Shown: piece by piece, positions 37,487-48,206 of the stretch | How the letters are laid out: each line of letters starts with the position of its first letter | Numbering within the stretch: the stretch's first letter is position 1 | Assembly (NCBI GenBank): GCA_934162445.1 | Contig: CAKPIT010000003.1 | Location: 64,928-128,927, forward strand | Direction: 5' to 3' | Length of the DNA stretch: 64,000 nt | Origin: an uncultured Bacilli bacterium | Lineage (GTDB): Bacteria > Bacillota_I > Bacilli_A > RF39 > UBA660 | Position numbers and translations under genes: made by a program | Notes under the pieces: generated by a model | What the model was told of the DNA's origin: nothing | Seen by the model: the letters and a program-made list of their open reading frames with translations, nothing else | The model's database searches: none

Positions 37487-39244
37487 ATGATAAATATAAA
37501 AGAAGATAAAAATTTAATGCCCTTAAATCACAGCTGCGCCCATTTATTAGCAGAAGCTGTTAAGAAATTATATCCAAATGCTAAATTTTGGGTAGGACCG
37601 GTTATTGATGAAGGCTTTTATTACGATATTGATTTAAATGGTAAAACTTTAACTGATGAAGATTTACCTAAAATTGAAAAAGAAATGAAAAAAATTGCTA
37701 AAGGAAATAAAAGAATAATTCGTCATGAATTAACAAAAGAGGAAGCTTTAGAAGAATTTAAAGATGACCCTTATAAAATAGATCTTATTAATGAATTTCC
37801 AACTGATGAAGTAATAACTTGTTATACTCAAGGTGATTTTACTGATTTATGCCGTGGCCCTCATGTTGAATCTACTAAAGAATTACGCCATTTCAAATTA
37901 TTAAAGTGTAGTGGTGCCTATTATAAAGGTGACTCTAAAAATAAAATGCTTCAAAGAATTTATGGTGTATGTTATCAAAATGAAGAAGACTTAGCAGCAC
38001 ATTTGAAAGAGTTAGAAGAAGCTAAAGAGCGAGATCATCGTAAACTAGGTAAAGATTTAGGTATCTTTATGTTATCTGACCTTGTTGGTCGTGGCTTACC
38101 ATTATGGCTTCCTAATGGTTATACTTTATGGCGCACTATTCAAAATTATATAACCGAAAAAGAAGTTGCTCATGGTTATAAACACGTTCATACCCCTGAT
38201 CTTGGTAGTGTTGAATTATATAAAACATCAGGCCACTGGGATCATTATAAAGATGACATGTTTCCAGCTATGGAACTTGATGAAGAAAGTTATGTTCTTC
38301 GCCCAATGAACTGTCCTCATCACATGGTAATATATGGTAATAAACTTCATTCTTATCGTGACCTACCTATAAGAATTGCCGAGATTGCTAATGACTTCCG
38401 CTATGAAGCCGCCGGAGCTGTAAAAGGTATCGAACGGGCTAGATCTTTCACCCAAAATGACTCTCATATCTTCTGTACTAAAGACCAAATAGAAGAGGAA
38501 TTTAAAGGCGTTTTAGACTTGATAATTGAAGTTTATAAAGACTTTAATATTGATATTACTAAACATAAATTTAGATTATCATTACGGGATAAAGATAATA
38601 AAGAAAAATATTTTGATGATGATAATATGTGGGATACAGCCGAAGGTGCTCTTCGTAAAGTTTTAACAGATTTAAAAGTGGATTTTATTGAAGCGAAAGG
38701 GGAAGCTGCTTTCTATGGTCCAAAACTTGATATTTTAATCAAGCCCGCTGTTGGTAATGAAGTAGCTATTCCAACCATTCAATTAGATTTCCTTTTACCA
38801 AAAAGATTTAATTTAACTTACATCAACGAAAAAGGCGAAAAAGAAACACCCGTTGTTATTCACCGTGCTATTTTAGGTTCTCTTGATCGTTTTATTGCCT
38901 TTTTATTAGAAGAGACTAAAGGTAACTTACCACTTTGGTTAGCCCCAGTTGGTGTTGAAATTATTCCTGTTTCAAGTGAGCATCACTTAGAATACGCTGA
39001 AAAAGTTTACAACGCACTACTAAAAGCAAACATTAGAGTAGAACTTGATAGTCGTAATGAAAAATTAGGTTATCGTCTAAGAGAAGCCCAAACTAGAAAA
39101 ATTAACTATAATGTTATTCTTGGTGATAACGAAGTTGAAAATGAGACTATCAGTTATCGTCTATTTGGTCAAAAAGAAACAACAACCGTCTCATGTCAAG
39201 AATTCATTTCTATGTTAAAAGAAATAATAGAAGCAAAAAAATAA
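37487..39244 (+). CDS. thrS: Threonine--tRNA ligase (short form lacking the N-terminal TGS/N1 domain)
   Basis: Editing-domain Cys/His CAHLL; class II motifs FRYEAAGA, HRAILGSLDRFIA; 585 aa; a bidirectional terminator follows. Confidence 0.95.
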   Translation: MINIKEDKNLMPLNHSCAHLLAEAVKKLYPNAKFWVGPVIDEGFYYDIDLNGKTLTDEDLPKIEKEMKKIAKGNKRIIRHELTKEEALEEFKDDPYKIDLINEFPTDEVITCYTQGDFTDLCRGPHVESTKELRHFKLLKCSGAYYKGDSKNKMLQRIYGVCYQNEEDLAAHLKELEEAKERDHRKLGKDLGIFMLSDLVGRGLPLWLPNGYTLWRTIQNYITEKEVAHGYKHVHTPDLGSVELYKTSGHWDHYKDDMFPAMELDEESYVLRPMNCPHHMVIYGNKLHSYRDLPIRIAEIANDFRYEAAGAVKGIERARSFTQNDSHIFCTKDQIEEEFKGVLDLIIEVYKDFNIDITKHKFRLSLRDKDNKEKYFDDDNMWDTAEGALRKVLTDLKVDFIEAKGEAAFYGPKLDILIKPAVGNEVAIPTIQLDFLLPKRFNLTYINEKGEKETPVVIHRAILGSLDRFIAFLLEETKGNLPLWLAPVGVEIIPVSSEHHLEYAEKVYNALLKANIRVELDSRNEKLGYRLREAQTRKINYNVILGDNEVENETISYRLFGQKETTTVSCQEFISMLKEIIEAKK

Positions 39245-39266
39245 TTCATAAAAAAAGATAGTAAGT

Positions 39267-39566
39267 CTATAAGAAAAAAACGGGACTATTACTATCTTTT
39301 TCTATTGATGTCGAATAATTATTAATTACTTGTTCTTCATTGACATTATTTTGACTATTATCATCATTACTATTAACTGCACCGGCAATTTTAAAAAGGG
39401 TTCTAGCATTACTAACAAGAGGCTTTACTTGGTAAACAATTGGAATAATCTGATTAATAATTCCTAAGGTTTTCTGGGTATTATTCAAAAGTCCACTCCA
39501 ATTAAGGCCTCTTCTTGGAATAAAACTATTCCCCCCTAAATTATACTGATTATACATTTTTATCAC
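39267..39566 (-). CDS. Hypothetical small protein
   Basis: 99-aa minus-strand ORF with Asn-rich low complexity; shares a terminator with thrS. Confidence 0.3.
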   Translation of the reverse strand: MIKMYNQYNLGGNSFIPRRGLNWSGLLNNTQKTLGIINQIIPIVYQVKPLVSNARTLFKIAGAVNSNDDNSQNNVNEEQVINNYSTSIEKDSNSPVFFL

Positions 39567-39650
39567 CTTTACTTTAATATATGTTACTTTTTTCTACTTG
39601 TGCATCTATAATTTTATGATATAATAAATATAAGAATAAGGAGGGAAGCT

Positions 39651-41105
39651 ATGGAACTATTTATGAAACCATTTATCATAATTTATCATATAGTTCACCA
39701 TATCCTTTTATCTCCGAAACGAATCTTAAATTATGCTTATACTGGCTTTTTAGCTATTGTTGATCGCATTAGTAGGGGGAAAGTTAGCGAAAAACGAGCT
39801 AAAGAACAAAAAGATCAAGAAGCCATCTTAGAAGTAGCCACAATGATGAGTGAAGAAAAGAAAAATAGTACGGAAAAACTTAATCTTTCCAAAGAACCTA
39901 TTGTCTCATTTAGATATAAAGCTAAAGGAAGCAACGGTAAAGTCTTTAATGGAACTTTTGAAGGTCCAAGTAAAGAAGAAGTTAAATCTTTCCTTGAAAA
40001 TGAAGGCTATGAAGTTCTTAGTGTTAGTCCAAGAAGTGCTCTTGATATTGATATAAATATTGGTGGTAAATTTAAAGCCTCAGCCTTAGCTTTTTCCCTT
40101 ACCCAGCTATCTACCTATATTAAAGCTGGTATTCCTTTGATTGATGCTGTTCGTCTTTTAGAAAAACAAAGTGAAAACAAAGAACAAAAGAAAGTTTATC
40201 AAAAAATTGTTTATGAACTACTAAAAGGTGAAAATCTTTCAACTGCTTTATCTAAACAAAAAGATAAATTTCCCAATTTATTAATCAATATGGTTAAAAC
40301 TGCTGAATTAACCGGTGATTTAACGACCGTTTTAGATGATATGGCTGATTATTATACTTCCAAAGAAGAAACAAGAAAACAAATGATTTCTGCTATGACT
40401 TATCCGATCATTGTCTTAACAATAGCCATCGGTGTTATCATCTTTATTTTGACAACAATTGTTCCTAAATTCGTTGAAATGTATGAAGATAATGACGCTA
40501 AAATCCCCGGTATTACCCGCTTTGTTATGAACGTATCTAACTTCATCGTTCATAATTATCTTCTTTTAATCTTTATTATTTTCCTTGTTGTTGTTTTCTT
40601 TATTTATTTTTATAAACACAATAGAGCATTTCGTAAAATGATACAAATTTTAGTGATGCATACTCCTGTCTTTGGAAAAATCATCATTTATAACGAAGTC
40701 TTTAACTTCACTAAAACTTTTGCGTCTTTATTAAACCATGGTGTTTTTATAACTGATAGTATGGAAGTTTTATCTAAAATAACTAATAACGAAGTTTATA
40801 AAGAATTGATTGCTAAAACAATCATCAATCTTAATAAAGGAAGTAACATTTCTGAATCGTTTAAAGGTAGTTGGGCTTTTCCCCCTGCTGCTTATGAAAT
40901 GATTGTAACTGGTGAGAAAACTGGTCAATTAGGCTTAATGATGGAAAAAGTTGCAAATTACTATCAAGTTTTACATAAAACAATTATTAAACAGCTAGAA
41001 AGTTTTATTGAACCAATTATGATTGCTTTTCTTGCTTTTATTGTTGGTACCATTTTACTTGCTATTGTTGTTCCAATGTTTGATATATATTCAAAAATCA
41101 GATAA
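39651..41105 (+). CDS. Type II secretion / type IV pilus platform protein (GspF / PilC / ComGB family)
   Basis: Two T2SSF repeats with 3+3 TM helices; the PilC-like N-terminus FRYKAKGSNGKVFNGTFEGPSKEEVKSFLENEGYEVLSV begins ~75 aa into the ORF; a strong SD AAGGAGGG precedes the 39651 start (alternative start ATG 39843). Confidence 0.8.
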   Translation: MELFMKPFIIIYHIVHHILLSPKRILNYAYTGFLAIVDRISRGKVSEKRAKEQKDQEAILEVATMMSEEKKNSTEKLNLSKEPIVSFRYKAKGSNGKVFNGTFEGPSKEEVKSFLENEGYEVLSVSPRSALDIDINIGGKFKASALAFSLTQLSTYIKAGIPLIDAVRLLEKQSENKEQKKVYQKIVYELLKGENLSTALSKQKDKFPNLLINMVKTAELTGDLTTVLDDMADYYTSKEETRKQMISAMTYPIIVLTIAIGVIIFILTTIVPKFVEMYEDNDAKIPGITRFVMNVSNFIVHNYLLLIFIIFLVVVFFIYFYKHNRAFRKMIQILVMHTPVFGKIIIYNEVFNFTKTFASLLNHGVFITDSMEVLSKITNNEVYKELIAKTIINLNKGSNISESFKGSWAFPPAAYEMIVTGEKTGQLGLMMEKVANYYQVLHKTIIKQLESFIEPIMIAFLAFIVGTILLAIVVPMFDIYSKIR

Positions 41106-41120
41106 GAAAAGGTGTGTCGT

Positions 41121-41897
41121 ATGGAAGGTGTATATATAATTTGTTTTTTTATAACAGGACTCTTTTTCGGGTCTTTCTTTTGCTGTTTAGGGACAAGATT
41201 AATTACTAAAGATAATTTTATCACTGGTAAAAGCAAATGCGATAACTGTTCTCATCCTTTAAAGTATTACGATATGATTCCTGTTATCAGTTATCTTCTC
41301 TTAAAAGGAAAGTGCCGTTATTGTCATCAAAAAATAAGTATTCTAAGTACTTTTATTGAACTTAGTTGTGGTCTTTGTTTTGCGATTTCCTATTACAGTT
41401 TTGGTTTTAGTCTAAATCTTTTACTATCTCTTGTTCTAGTTAGTCTTTCTATGATTATTTTTACAACTGATCTTAAAGCTTTAATTATTCCTGATGAAGT
41501 TTTAATTGTAAGTAGCCTCTTAATTCTTATTTTAAAATTTTTAATAGGGGGCATTAATCTTGTTATAACCTCCCTTATTGGTGGCATTTTTCTTTTTGCT
41601 TTTATGTTTATGTTAATGAAGTTTGGTGAAAATTTATTTAAAAAAGAAGCTCTTGGAGGCGGGGATGTTAAACTCCTTTTTGTGCTAGGCCTTTTACAAG
41701 AAGCTCTTCCCACTTTAATCAGTATTTTTTTAGCCAGTTTTATTGCTCTTCCTATTTCTCTTTATTTACTTTATAAAAATAAGGAACATGTTATTCCCTT
41801 TGGGCCATTTCTCTTAATTGGCTTTATGCTTACTTTTTTTATGAAACTAACAACTAATGATATTTTAACTTTCTTTTCTATTAATTACATGTTATAA
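41121..41897 (+). CDS. Prepilin peptidase (A24 family, PilD/ComC)
   Basis: N-terminal Zn-binding CDNCSHPLKYYDMIPVISYLLLKGKCRYCHQ; catalytic Asp-containing TM helices (IIPDE, GGGDVKL). Confidence 0.8.
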   Translation: MEGVYIICFFITGLFFGSFFCCLGTRLITKDNFITGKSKCDNCSHPLKYYDMIPVISYLLLKGKCRYCHQKISILSTFIELSCGLCFAISYYSFGFSLNLLLSLVLVSLSMIIFTTDLKALIIPDEVLIVSSLLILILKFLIGGINLVITSLIGGIFLFAFMFMLMKFGENLFKKEALGGGDVKLLFVLGLLQEALPTLISIFLASFIALPISLYLLYKNKEHVIPFGPFLLIGFMLTFFMKLTTNDILTFFSINYML

Positions 41898-41927
41898 TAA
41901 CCCCTGTAGATTAAAAGGAGGCTTAAA

Positions 41928-43202
41928 ATGAAAGCTTGTGTATATACTCTTGGCTGTAAAGTTAATACTTATGAAAGTGAATATATTATGGCTAGACTTA
42001 AAGAGAGTGGTTATCAAGTTACCACTGATATTAATGATATTTGTGATGTTTATATTATAAATACTTGTACTGTTACCAATCAGGCTGATATTAAAAGTAA
42101 AAAGACTTTAAAACGTGTTAGAAGGACTAATCCTAAGGCTGTCATTGTTGCCCTTGGCTGTTTTGTTGAAGATCATCAAGAAAATGATTTAGATATTGAT
42201 ATTTATGTTGGTAACAAAGATAAAAGTAGAATTATTGAATTATTAGATTATTATTTTGCTAAACACGAACCAATTGTTAAAGTAGGGGAAGACAAAGATC
42301 ATTTTGACAATATGTTTATTAATGACTTTAAAAATAGAACAAGGGCCTTTGTTAAAGTTCAAGATGGCTGTGAGAATTTCTGTAGTTATTGTATTATTCC
42401 CTATGTTAGGGGTAAATGTCGGTCTAAAGCTTTAGAAGAAGTCATTAAAGAAGTAACAACCCTTGTAAATAATGGCTTTCAAGAAGTTGTATTAACAGGT
42501 ATTCACACTGGTAATTATGGTGTTGATCTTAATACTAATTTTGCCACCTTATTAAGAAATCTTGTTAAAATAAGTGGCCTAAAAAGACTTCGTATTTCCA
42601 GTATTGAAATAACAGAATTAACCGATGAAGTTTTAGATATCATTAAAGATAATGAAGTTATTGTTAATCATTTACATATTCCTCTTCAAGCAGGAAGCAA
42701 TCATATCTTAAAATTAATGAACCGTAAGTATGATTTAAAATATTTTGAAGAAAAACTAGAAAAAATCAGAAGCATTAGAAATGATATTGCTATATCAACA
42801 GATATCATCGTTGGTTTTCCTGAAGAAACTGACGAAGATTTTGCCGAAACTTTAAAAAACGCCAGAAAGTTTGCCTTTACTAAAATTCATGTTTTTCCAT
42901 ACTCTGAACGTAAAGGTACTAAAGCTTCTACCTTTAATCATAAAGTAGACGGTACTCTCAAAAAAGAACGAGCAAGAAAACTTTTAAGATTATCTCACGA
43001 ACTAGAAAAAGAATATGCTAAAAAACATCTAAATCAACACATGGAAGTTTTATTTGAAGAATATAAAGATGGTCTTAGTATTGGCCACACTTCTAATTAT
43101 TTAAAAGTAAAAGTAAAAGAAGAAATTCCCCATAACACATTTAAAACTGTTTTAATTAAAGATTATTTACTAGATAGTCTAATAGGAGAAATTGATGAGT
43201 AG
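41928..43202 (+). CDS. mtaB: Radical SAM methylthiotransferase, MtaB-like (MiaB/RimO family)
   Basis: UPF0004 N-domain LGCKVNTYESE; radical SAM CENFCSYCIIP; C-terminal TRAM domain; 424 aa. Confidence 0.65.
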   Translation: MKACVYTLGCKVNTYESEYIMARLKESGYQVTTDINDICDVYIINTCTVTNQADIKSKKTLKRVRRTNPKAVIVALGCFVEDHQENDLDIDIYVGNKDKSRIIELLDYYFAKHEPIVKVGEDKDHFDNMFINDFKNRTRAFVKVQDGCENFCSYCIIPYVRGKCRSKALEEVIKEVTTLVNNGFQEVVLTGIHTGNYGVDLNTNFATLLRNLVKISGLKRLRISSIEITELTDEVLDIIKDNEVIVNHLHIPLQAGSNHILKLMNRKYDLKYFEEKLEKIRSIRNDIAISTDIIVGFPEETDEDFAETLKNARKFAFTKIHVFPYSERKGTKASTFNHKVDGTLKKERARKLLRLSHELEKEYAKKHLNQHMEVLFEEYKDGLSIGHTSNYLKVKVKEEIPHNTFKTVLIKDYLLDSLIGEIDE

Positions 43203-45369
43203 TATTGAAGGCGTTTATAAAAAGACAATTTTTAAAAGTAATACCAATGGCTATTTAATAGCCCTTTTTAAAGTTGTAAAAACATCACCCGATTTAACAA
43301 CCTATCAAAATAAAACTATCACTATCACTGGATACTTACCTGATTTAAATGAAATAGATACTTATAATCTCGAAGGTAATTTAACTACTCATCCTAAATA
43401 TGGGGAACAATTTATGGTTCAAAATATCATGCGAATTCTTCCTAAAGAAACGGATGCTATTATTAACGTCTTAACCAGTAATCTATTTAAAGGTATTGGT
43501 AAAAAAACCGCTATTAAAATTGTTGATATGTTTAAAGAAAAGACTTTTTCGACCATCTTAGATCATCCAAGTGATTTACTATTAATTAAAGGCTTAAGTG
43601 AAAAACAAGTGAAGGTTTTACATGATTCCTTAGTTAATTATCAAGGAAGTTATGAAATAATTTTAAATCTTACCAAACTGGGTTTTAATACTAAAGATAG
43701 TCTAAAGATTTATAGTAAATATAAAGAAGAAAGCTTTACAATCATTAACGATGATATTTATAGAGCCTATTATGATATTGATGAAATTAAATATTCGGTT
43801 TGTGATAATATCTTTTTAAAAAATAACCAAGATAATCCTTTAGATATTAAAAGAATAAGAGCCACTTTTCTTTATATTTTAAGAGAATTAACTAATAAAA
43901 TAGGAAGTACCTATTACTATCTTGAAAATATTACTCCCTACTTACATAAACTTTTAAAACAATCTATTACAGACTCATTATTACTAGATAGTATTAATAG
44001 TCTTATTGCTCTTGACTTAATAGTTGTTAAAGAAAATAAAATTTATTTAAAAGAATACTTTGATGCTATTATTTTTGTAGCTAGAAGACTAAGATTGCTA
44101 GCTCATGAGAAAACAGTCTCTAAAGATTATTCTAAATATCTTGACGAAATTGAACTTAAAAATCATATTACTTATAACCCTGAACAAAAAGAGGCTATCC
44201 AAAAAGCTATCACTTCCAAGTGCCTTGTAATAACTGGTGGTCCCGGTACTGGTAAGACGACCATTATCAAAGGAATAATTGATTTATATACCGCTATTAA
44301 TAATTACAAACCAAAAAACTTAGATAAAACCTTAGCCCTTTTAGCCCCAACGGGTAGGGCCGCTAAAAGAATGTCTTTATCTAGTGATATCAAAGCTTCA
44401 ACCATTCATCGCTTTTTAAAATGGAATAAAGATAATAATAAATTTCAAGTTAACGAATATAACAAAAGTGAAGTGGAATTTTTAATTGTTGATGAAGCCA
44501 GTATGATTGATATTTTACTTCTTAGTAATCTGTTAAAAGGTCTATCATCAAACTGCAAAATTATCTTTGTTGGTGATGTTAATCAATTACCAAGTGTTGG
44601 TGCTGGTAATGTTTTAAGCGATATTATAACTAGTAAAGAAATTGATGTTATTGAACTTAAAAATTTATACCGGCAAGGAAAAGATTCTAATATTATTACT
44701 TTTGCCCATGATATCAATAATGGTAAAGTTGATAACACTTTATTTAATCAATCCGATGACTTAATCTTTATCGATGCTCCTGATAATGAAGTGTTAAAAG
44801 TCATCAAAAAAGAAGCCAGTAAAATTCCTCTAGAGGACTTACAAGTCTTAGCTCCCCTTTATAAAGGTCCTAATGGAATTGATAATATTAATGAAATTCT
44901 TGGCTCTTTATACAATAAAACGGCTAGTAAAAGTATTGTTATTAATGATGTTACCTATAAAGAACATGATAAAGTAATTCAATTAACTAATATGCCTGAT
45001 GATAATGTTTTTAACGGGGATATTGGTACTATTAGTAAAATTAAAATAACACCTCATAAAGAAGTATACATTGATTTCGATGATAATACTGTTAAATACA
45101 CGCCAACGACATTTAATAATTTCACCCATGCTTATGCCATCTCTATTCATAAAAGTCAAGGTAGTGAGTTTAAAACGGTCATCATGCCCCTTGTTAAAGG
45201 CTATCACAACATGTTATATCGCAAACTAATATACACAGGCGTCACCCGAAGTAAAGAAAAATTAATTTTAATTGGTGATAAAGATGCCTTACTCTATGCT
45301 ATTAATAATACTAGTGAGAGAAAAAGAGAAACCAGTTTAGCCAAATATTTAAAAGATGGTATAATTTAA
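43192..45369 (+). CDS. recD2: ATP-dependent RecD2-like DNA helicase
   Basis: N-terminal HhH region; Walker A GGPGTGKTT; FVGDVNQLPSVGAG (motif II/III); C-terminal SH3-like; 725 aa. Confidence 0.8.
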   Translation: MMSSIEGVYKKTIFKSNTNGYLIALFKVVKTSPDLTTYQNKTITITGYLPDLNEIDTYNLEGNLTTHPKYGEQFMVQNIMRILPKETDAIINVLTSNLFKGIGKKTAIKIVDMFKEKTFSTILDHPSDLLLIKGLSEKQVKVLHDSLVNYQGSYEIILNLTKLGFNTKDSLKIYSKYKEESFTIINDDIYRAYYDIDEIKYSVCDNIFLKNNQDNPLDIKRIRATFLYILRELTNKIGSTYYYLENITPYLHKLLKQSITDSLLLDSINSLIALDLIVVKENKIYLKEYFDAIIFVARRLRLLAHEKTVSKDYSKYLDEIELKNHITYNPEQKEAIQKAITSKCLVITGGPGTGKTTIIKGIIDLYTAINNYKPKNLDKTLALLAPTGRAAKRMSLSSDIKASTIHRFLKWNKDNNKFQVNEYNKSEVEFLIVDEASMIDILLLSNLLKGLSSNCKIIFVGDVNQLPSVGAGNVLSDIITSKEIDVIELKNLYRQGKDSNIITFAHDINNGKVDNTLFNQSDDLIFIDAPDNEVLKVIKKEASKIPLEDLQVLAPLYKGPNGIDNINEILGSLYNKTASKSIVINDVTYKEHDKVIQLTNMPDDNVFNGDIGTISKIKITPHKEVYIDFDDNTVKYTPTTFNNFTHAYAISIHKSQGSEFKTVIMPLVKGYHNMLYRKLIYTGVTRSKEKLILIGDKDALLYAINNTSERKRETSLAKYLKDGII

Positions 45370-45407
45370 TCTAATTTCCTCCATAATAATATCAGGAGGT
45401 TAAAATT

Positions 45408-45557
45408 ATGAAAAAAATGGTAATTCCTTTACTTGCTGTTATGGGCACATCTTTTGCCGTGTATAAGTATTTTCAAATGAATCCCGACAAATTAAATAAA
45501 ATGAAAAATAAAATGAAGGGTGCTGTTAATACTTTTGAAGAAGAAATGATGATGTAA
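45408..45557 (+). CDS. Small hydrophobic protein (49 aa), not in the ORF track
   Basis: Strong SD AGGAGGT 7 nt upstream of the ATG; MKKMVIPLLAVMGTSFAVYKYFQ..., a single TM helix plus a Lys/Met-rich tail. Confidence 0.35.
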   Translation: MKKMVIPLLAVMGTSFAVYKYFQMNPDKLNKMKNKMKGAVNTFEEEMMM

Positions 45558-45638
45558 TCGTTTCTTTTTTTATTATTTTTTCTTTTTTATGTCTTAATTT
45601 ATGCTATAATATTATTAGTTTTGTGGTAGGTGATAATT

Positions 45639-45914
45639 ATGAATGATTTTACCTTTAATAGTAAAGAGGAACTATATCAAATGGTAGAGCCCGCTCTTAA
45701 TACCAAAAAAAGTGAACTTGATCGGTTAGGATATCGCTACATTAGTAAAAATGATGTTTGGAATTATCTCATTTTAACTAAATGGAGTAAAGCTCATAAT
45801 TTAGAGTTAAATGATATTGTTAGTGATATTTTAAACTGCAATAATCTATTATTGGATAAATACTTAAAAGATACACTTATTAAACAAAATAATAATACAT
45901 TAGAAATAATATGA
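45639..45914 (+). CDS. comN: Post-transcriptional regulator ComN-like (YrzD family)
   Basis: ~90-aa protein immediately upstream of secDF, as in B. subtilis; DVWNYLILTKWSKAH resembles ComN; start at the ATG after GGTAGGTG. Confidence 0.5.
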   Translation: MNDFTFNSKEELYQMVEPALNTKKSELDRLGYRYISKNDVWNYLILTKWSKAHNLELNDIVSDILNCNNLLLDKYLKDTLIKQNNNTLEII

Positions 45915-45927
45915 GAGGTGTTTATTT

Positions 45928-48183
45928 ATGAAGAAATTAACGAGGCGCAAAAAGCCTTTAAGTCCTAGACAAAGAATGACTTTTAAGACATTGAGTTTAA
46001 TTCTTATCGCTGTCATTGTTTGTTCCTTGATTGTTCCAATGTTTAAATCTCTTAACTTTGGACTTGATTTACAAGGTGGTTTTGAAATTCTTTATCAAGT
46101 AAGTCCTATTGATGGTACTAAAATGAATAAAGAAAAACTTAATGCCACCTACAAAAGTATGCTTAAAAGAATTGATACTTTAGGAGTTAGTGAGCCTGAA
46201 ATTACTCTTGAAGGGAATGATAAAATCAGAGTAAAATTAGCCGGTGTTACTAACAAAGATGAAGCTCGTAATGCTTTATCCAAAGTAGCTACTCTAAGTT
46301 TTCGTGATAGTAATGATAAACTATTAATGAGTAGTGATGTTTTAAAAACAGGAGGGGCTAAAGTTGCTACTGATTCAAGTGGCCGTCCTGCGGTTTCCTT
46401 AGCTGTTAAAGATAAAGAAACATTTTATAAGGTAACTAATGCAGTTAAAGATTACAAAGATAATGTTATCGTTATTTGGCTTGATTATAACGAAATGACT
46501 GATTCATACAGTAAAGAAGGTAAAAACTGTGGTAATAGTAACAGTAACTGTCTAAGTGCTGCTAGTGTTACTCAAGGTTTTGCTAGTGATGTTATCATTC
46601 AAGGTAATTTTACTGAACAAGAAGTTTCTGATTTAGTAGATTTAATTAATTCTGGTAGTCTTCCTACTAAATTAACTGAACTATCTAGTAGAACCGTTGG
46701 CGCAAGTTTTGGTGATAATACCTTAACTATGACCTTATATGCTGGTATTGTTGGTATTTTATCAATTATTATCTTTTTAATAGCTGTCTATAATTTTGCG
46801 GGAATTATTTCTGCTATTTCTATTTTACTATACACATTATTTGTCTTCTTTATTTTCTGGCTTGTAGGGGGTGTTTTAACCCTTCCGGGTATTGCCGCTT
46901 TAATCATCGGTATCGGTATGGCCGTTGATGCCAATGTTTTAACCTATTCTCGGATTAAAGAAGAACTATTCAAAGGAAGAAGTCTAGAGACTGCTTTCAC
47001 TAACGGTAGTAAAGAAAGTTTTATAACCATATTAGATGCTAACTTAACAACTCTTTTAGTAGCTATTATCATGTTCTGTTTTGGTGAATCTAGTGTTAAA
47101 GGTTTTGCTACTATGTTAATCATCAATATTGCGGTTACTATGGTAACTATGGTTTGTGTAACCAGATTCTTCTTAAAGATGTTTGTTAAAACTGGTTACT
47201 TTAACGATAAACTTAACTTTTTCATTAACTATGATGAACAAAAAGCTAAGAAACAAAAAACTCATAACTATTTAAAATATAGTAAACATTTTGCCGTTTT
47301 AAGTCTTATTATCGTTATCTTAGGTACTACTATTTTTGCCTTTAAAGGAATGAATCTTGGTATTGATTTCCAAGCAGGAAGTGATATAACTTTAACGACT
47401 AGTGAAAAAATATCTGATAAATCTTTAGAAAGTGATTTAAAAGATCTTAATTTAACTAAAATATCTATAGATCATAGTTCAAGTGAAATAAGTATTAGAG
47501 TAAAAGAAGAATTAAAAGAAACTAAAATTGCTAAAATTGAAAGCCATTTCTTAGAAAAATACAATGCTTCCGTTGATATTGGCGTAGTTAGCAATGTTGT
47601 TAAACAAGATTTAATTAAAAATGCTATTTTTGCTATTTTCCTATCTTTAGTGGGCATCATTTTATATATTACCTTCCGCTTTAAGTTCAGTTTTGGTGTC
47701 TCATCTGTTTTATGCCTTATTCATGATGTCTTAATTATGACAGCAGGGGTTATCATCTTAAGAACTGAAGTTAATTCTATGTTTATCGCTAGTATCTTAG
47801 CTATCATTGGTTATTCCATCAATAATACCATTGTTGTTTTTGATAGAATTAGAGAAAACCTAAAACATAAAGATGAATCTAAATTAGATAAAGAAGCTTT
47901 AAAAGATATTGTCAACGATAGTATTAATAAAACAATTGCTAGAAGTATTTATACAACTGTTACAACACTACTACCAGTTGTAGCCTTATTAATTCTTGGT
48001 AGTCGTGATATTTTAACCTTTAATGTTGCGATGATTATTGGTTTTATTGCTGGTACTTATTCATCATTATTACTAGCACCAAGTTTATATATCTTTATTG
48101 AAGGAAAAGTTAAACCTAAAAAGAAGAAGAAAAACACTTATAAAGAGAAAACTGAACTTACCATTAAGGGAATTAACGCTTAA
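45928..48183 (+). CDS. secDF: Protein translocase subunit SecDF (fused)
   Basis: 751 aa; two 6-TM bundles with large periplasmic domains; conserved SecD/SecF motifs. Confidence 0.95.
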   Translation: MKKLTRRKKPLSPRQRMTFKTLSLILIAVIVCSLIVPMFKSLNFGLDLQGGFEILYQVSPIDGTKMNKEKLNATYKSMLKRIDTLGVSEPEITLEGNDKIRVKLAGVTNKDEARNALSKVATLSFRDSNDKLLMSSDVLKTGGAKVATDSSGRPAVSLAVKDKETFYKVTNAVKDYKDNVIVIWLDYNEMTDSYSKEGKNCGNSNSNCLSAASVTQGFASDVIIQGNFTEQEVSDLVDLINSGSLPTKLTELSSRTVGASFGDNTLTMTLYAGIVGILSIIIFLIAVYNFAGIISAISILLYTLFVFFIFWLVGGVLTLPGIAALIIGIGMAVDANVLTYSRIKEELFKGRSLETAFTNGSKESFITILDANLTTLLVAIIMFCFGESSVKGFATMLIINIAVTMVTMVCVTRFFLKMFVKTGYFNDKLNFFINYDEQKAKKQKTHNYLKYSKHFAVLSLIIVILGTTIFAFKGMNLGIDFQAGSDITLTTSEKISDKSLESDLKDLNLTKISIDHSSSEISIRVKEELKETKIAKIESHFLEKYNASVDIGVVSNVVKQDLIKNAIFAIFLSLVGIILYITFRFKFSFGVSSVLCLIHDVLIMTAGVIILRTEVNSMFIASILAIIGYSINNTIVVFDRIRENLKHKDESKLDKEALKDIVNDSINKTIARSIYTTVTTLLPVVALLILGSRDILTFNVAMIIGFIAGTYSSLLLAPSLYIFIEGKVKPKKKKKNTYKEKTELTIKGINA

Positions 48184-48206
48184 AATAATTTAAAAGGGGT
48201 GGTTTC

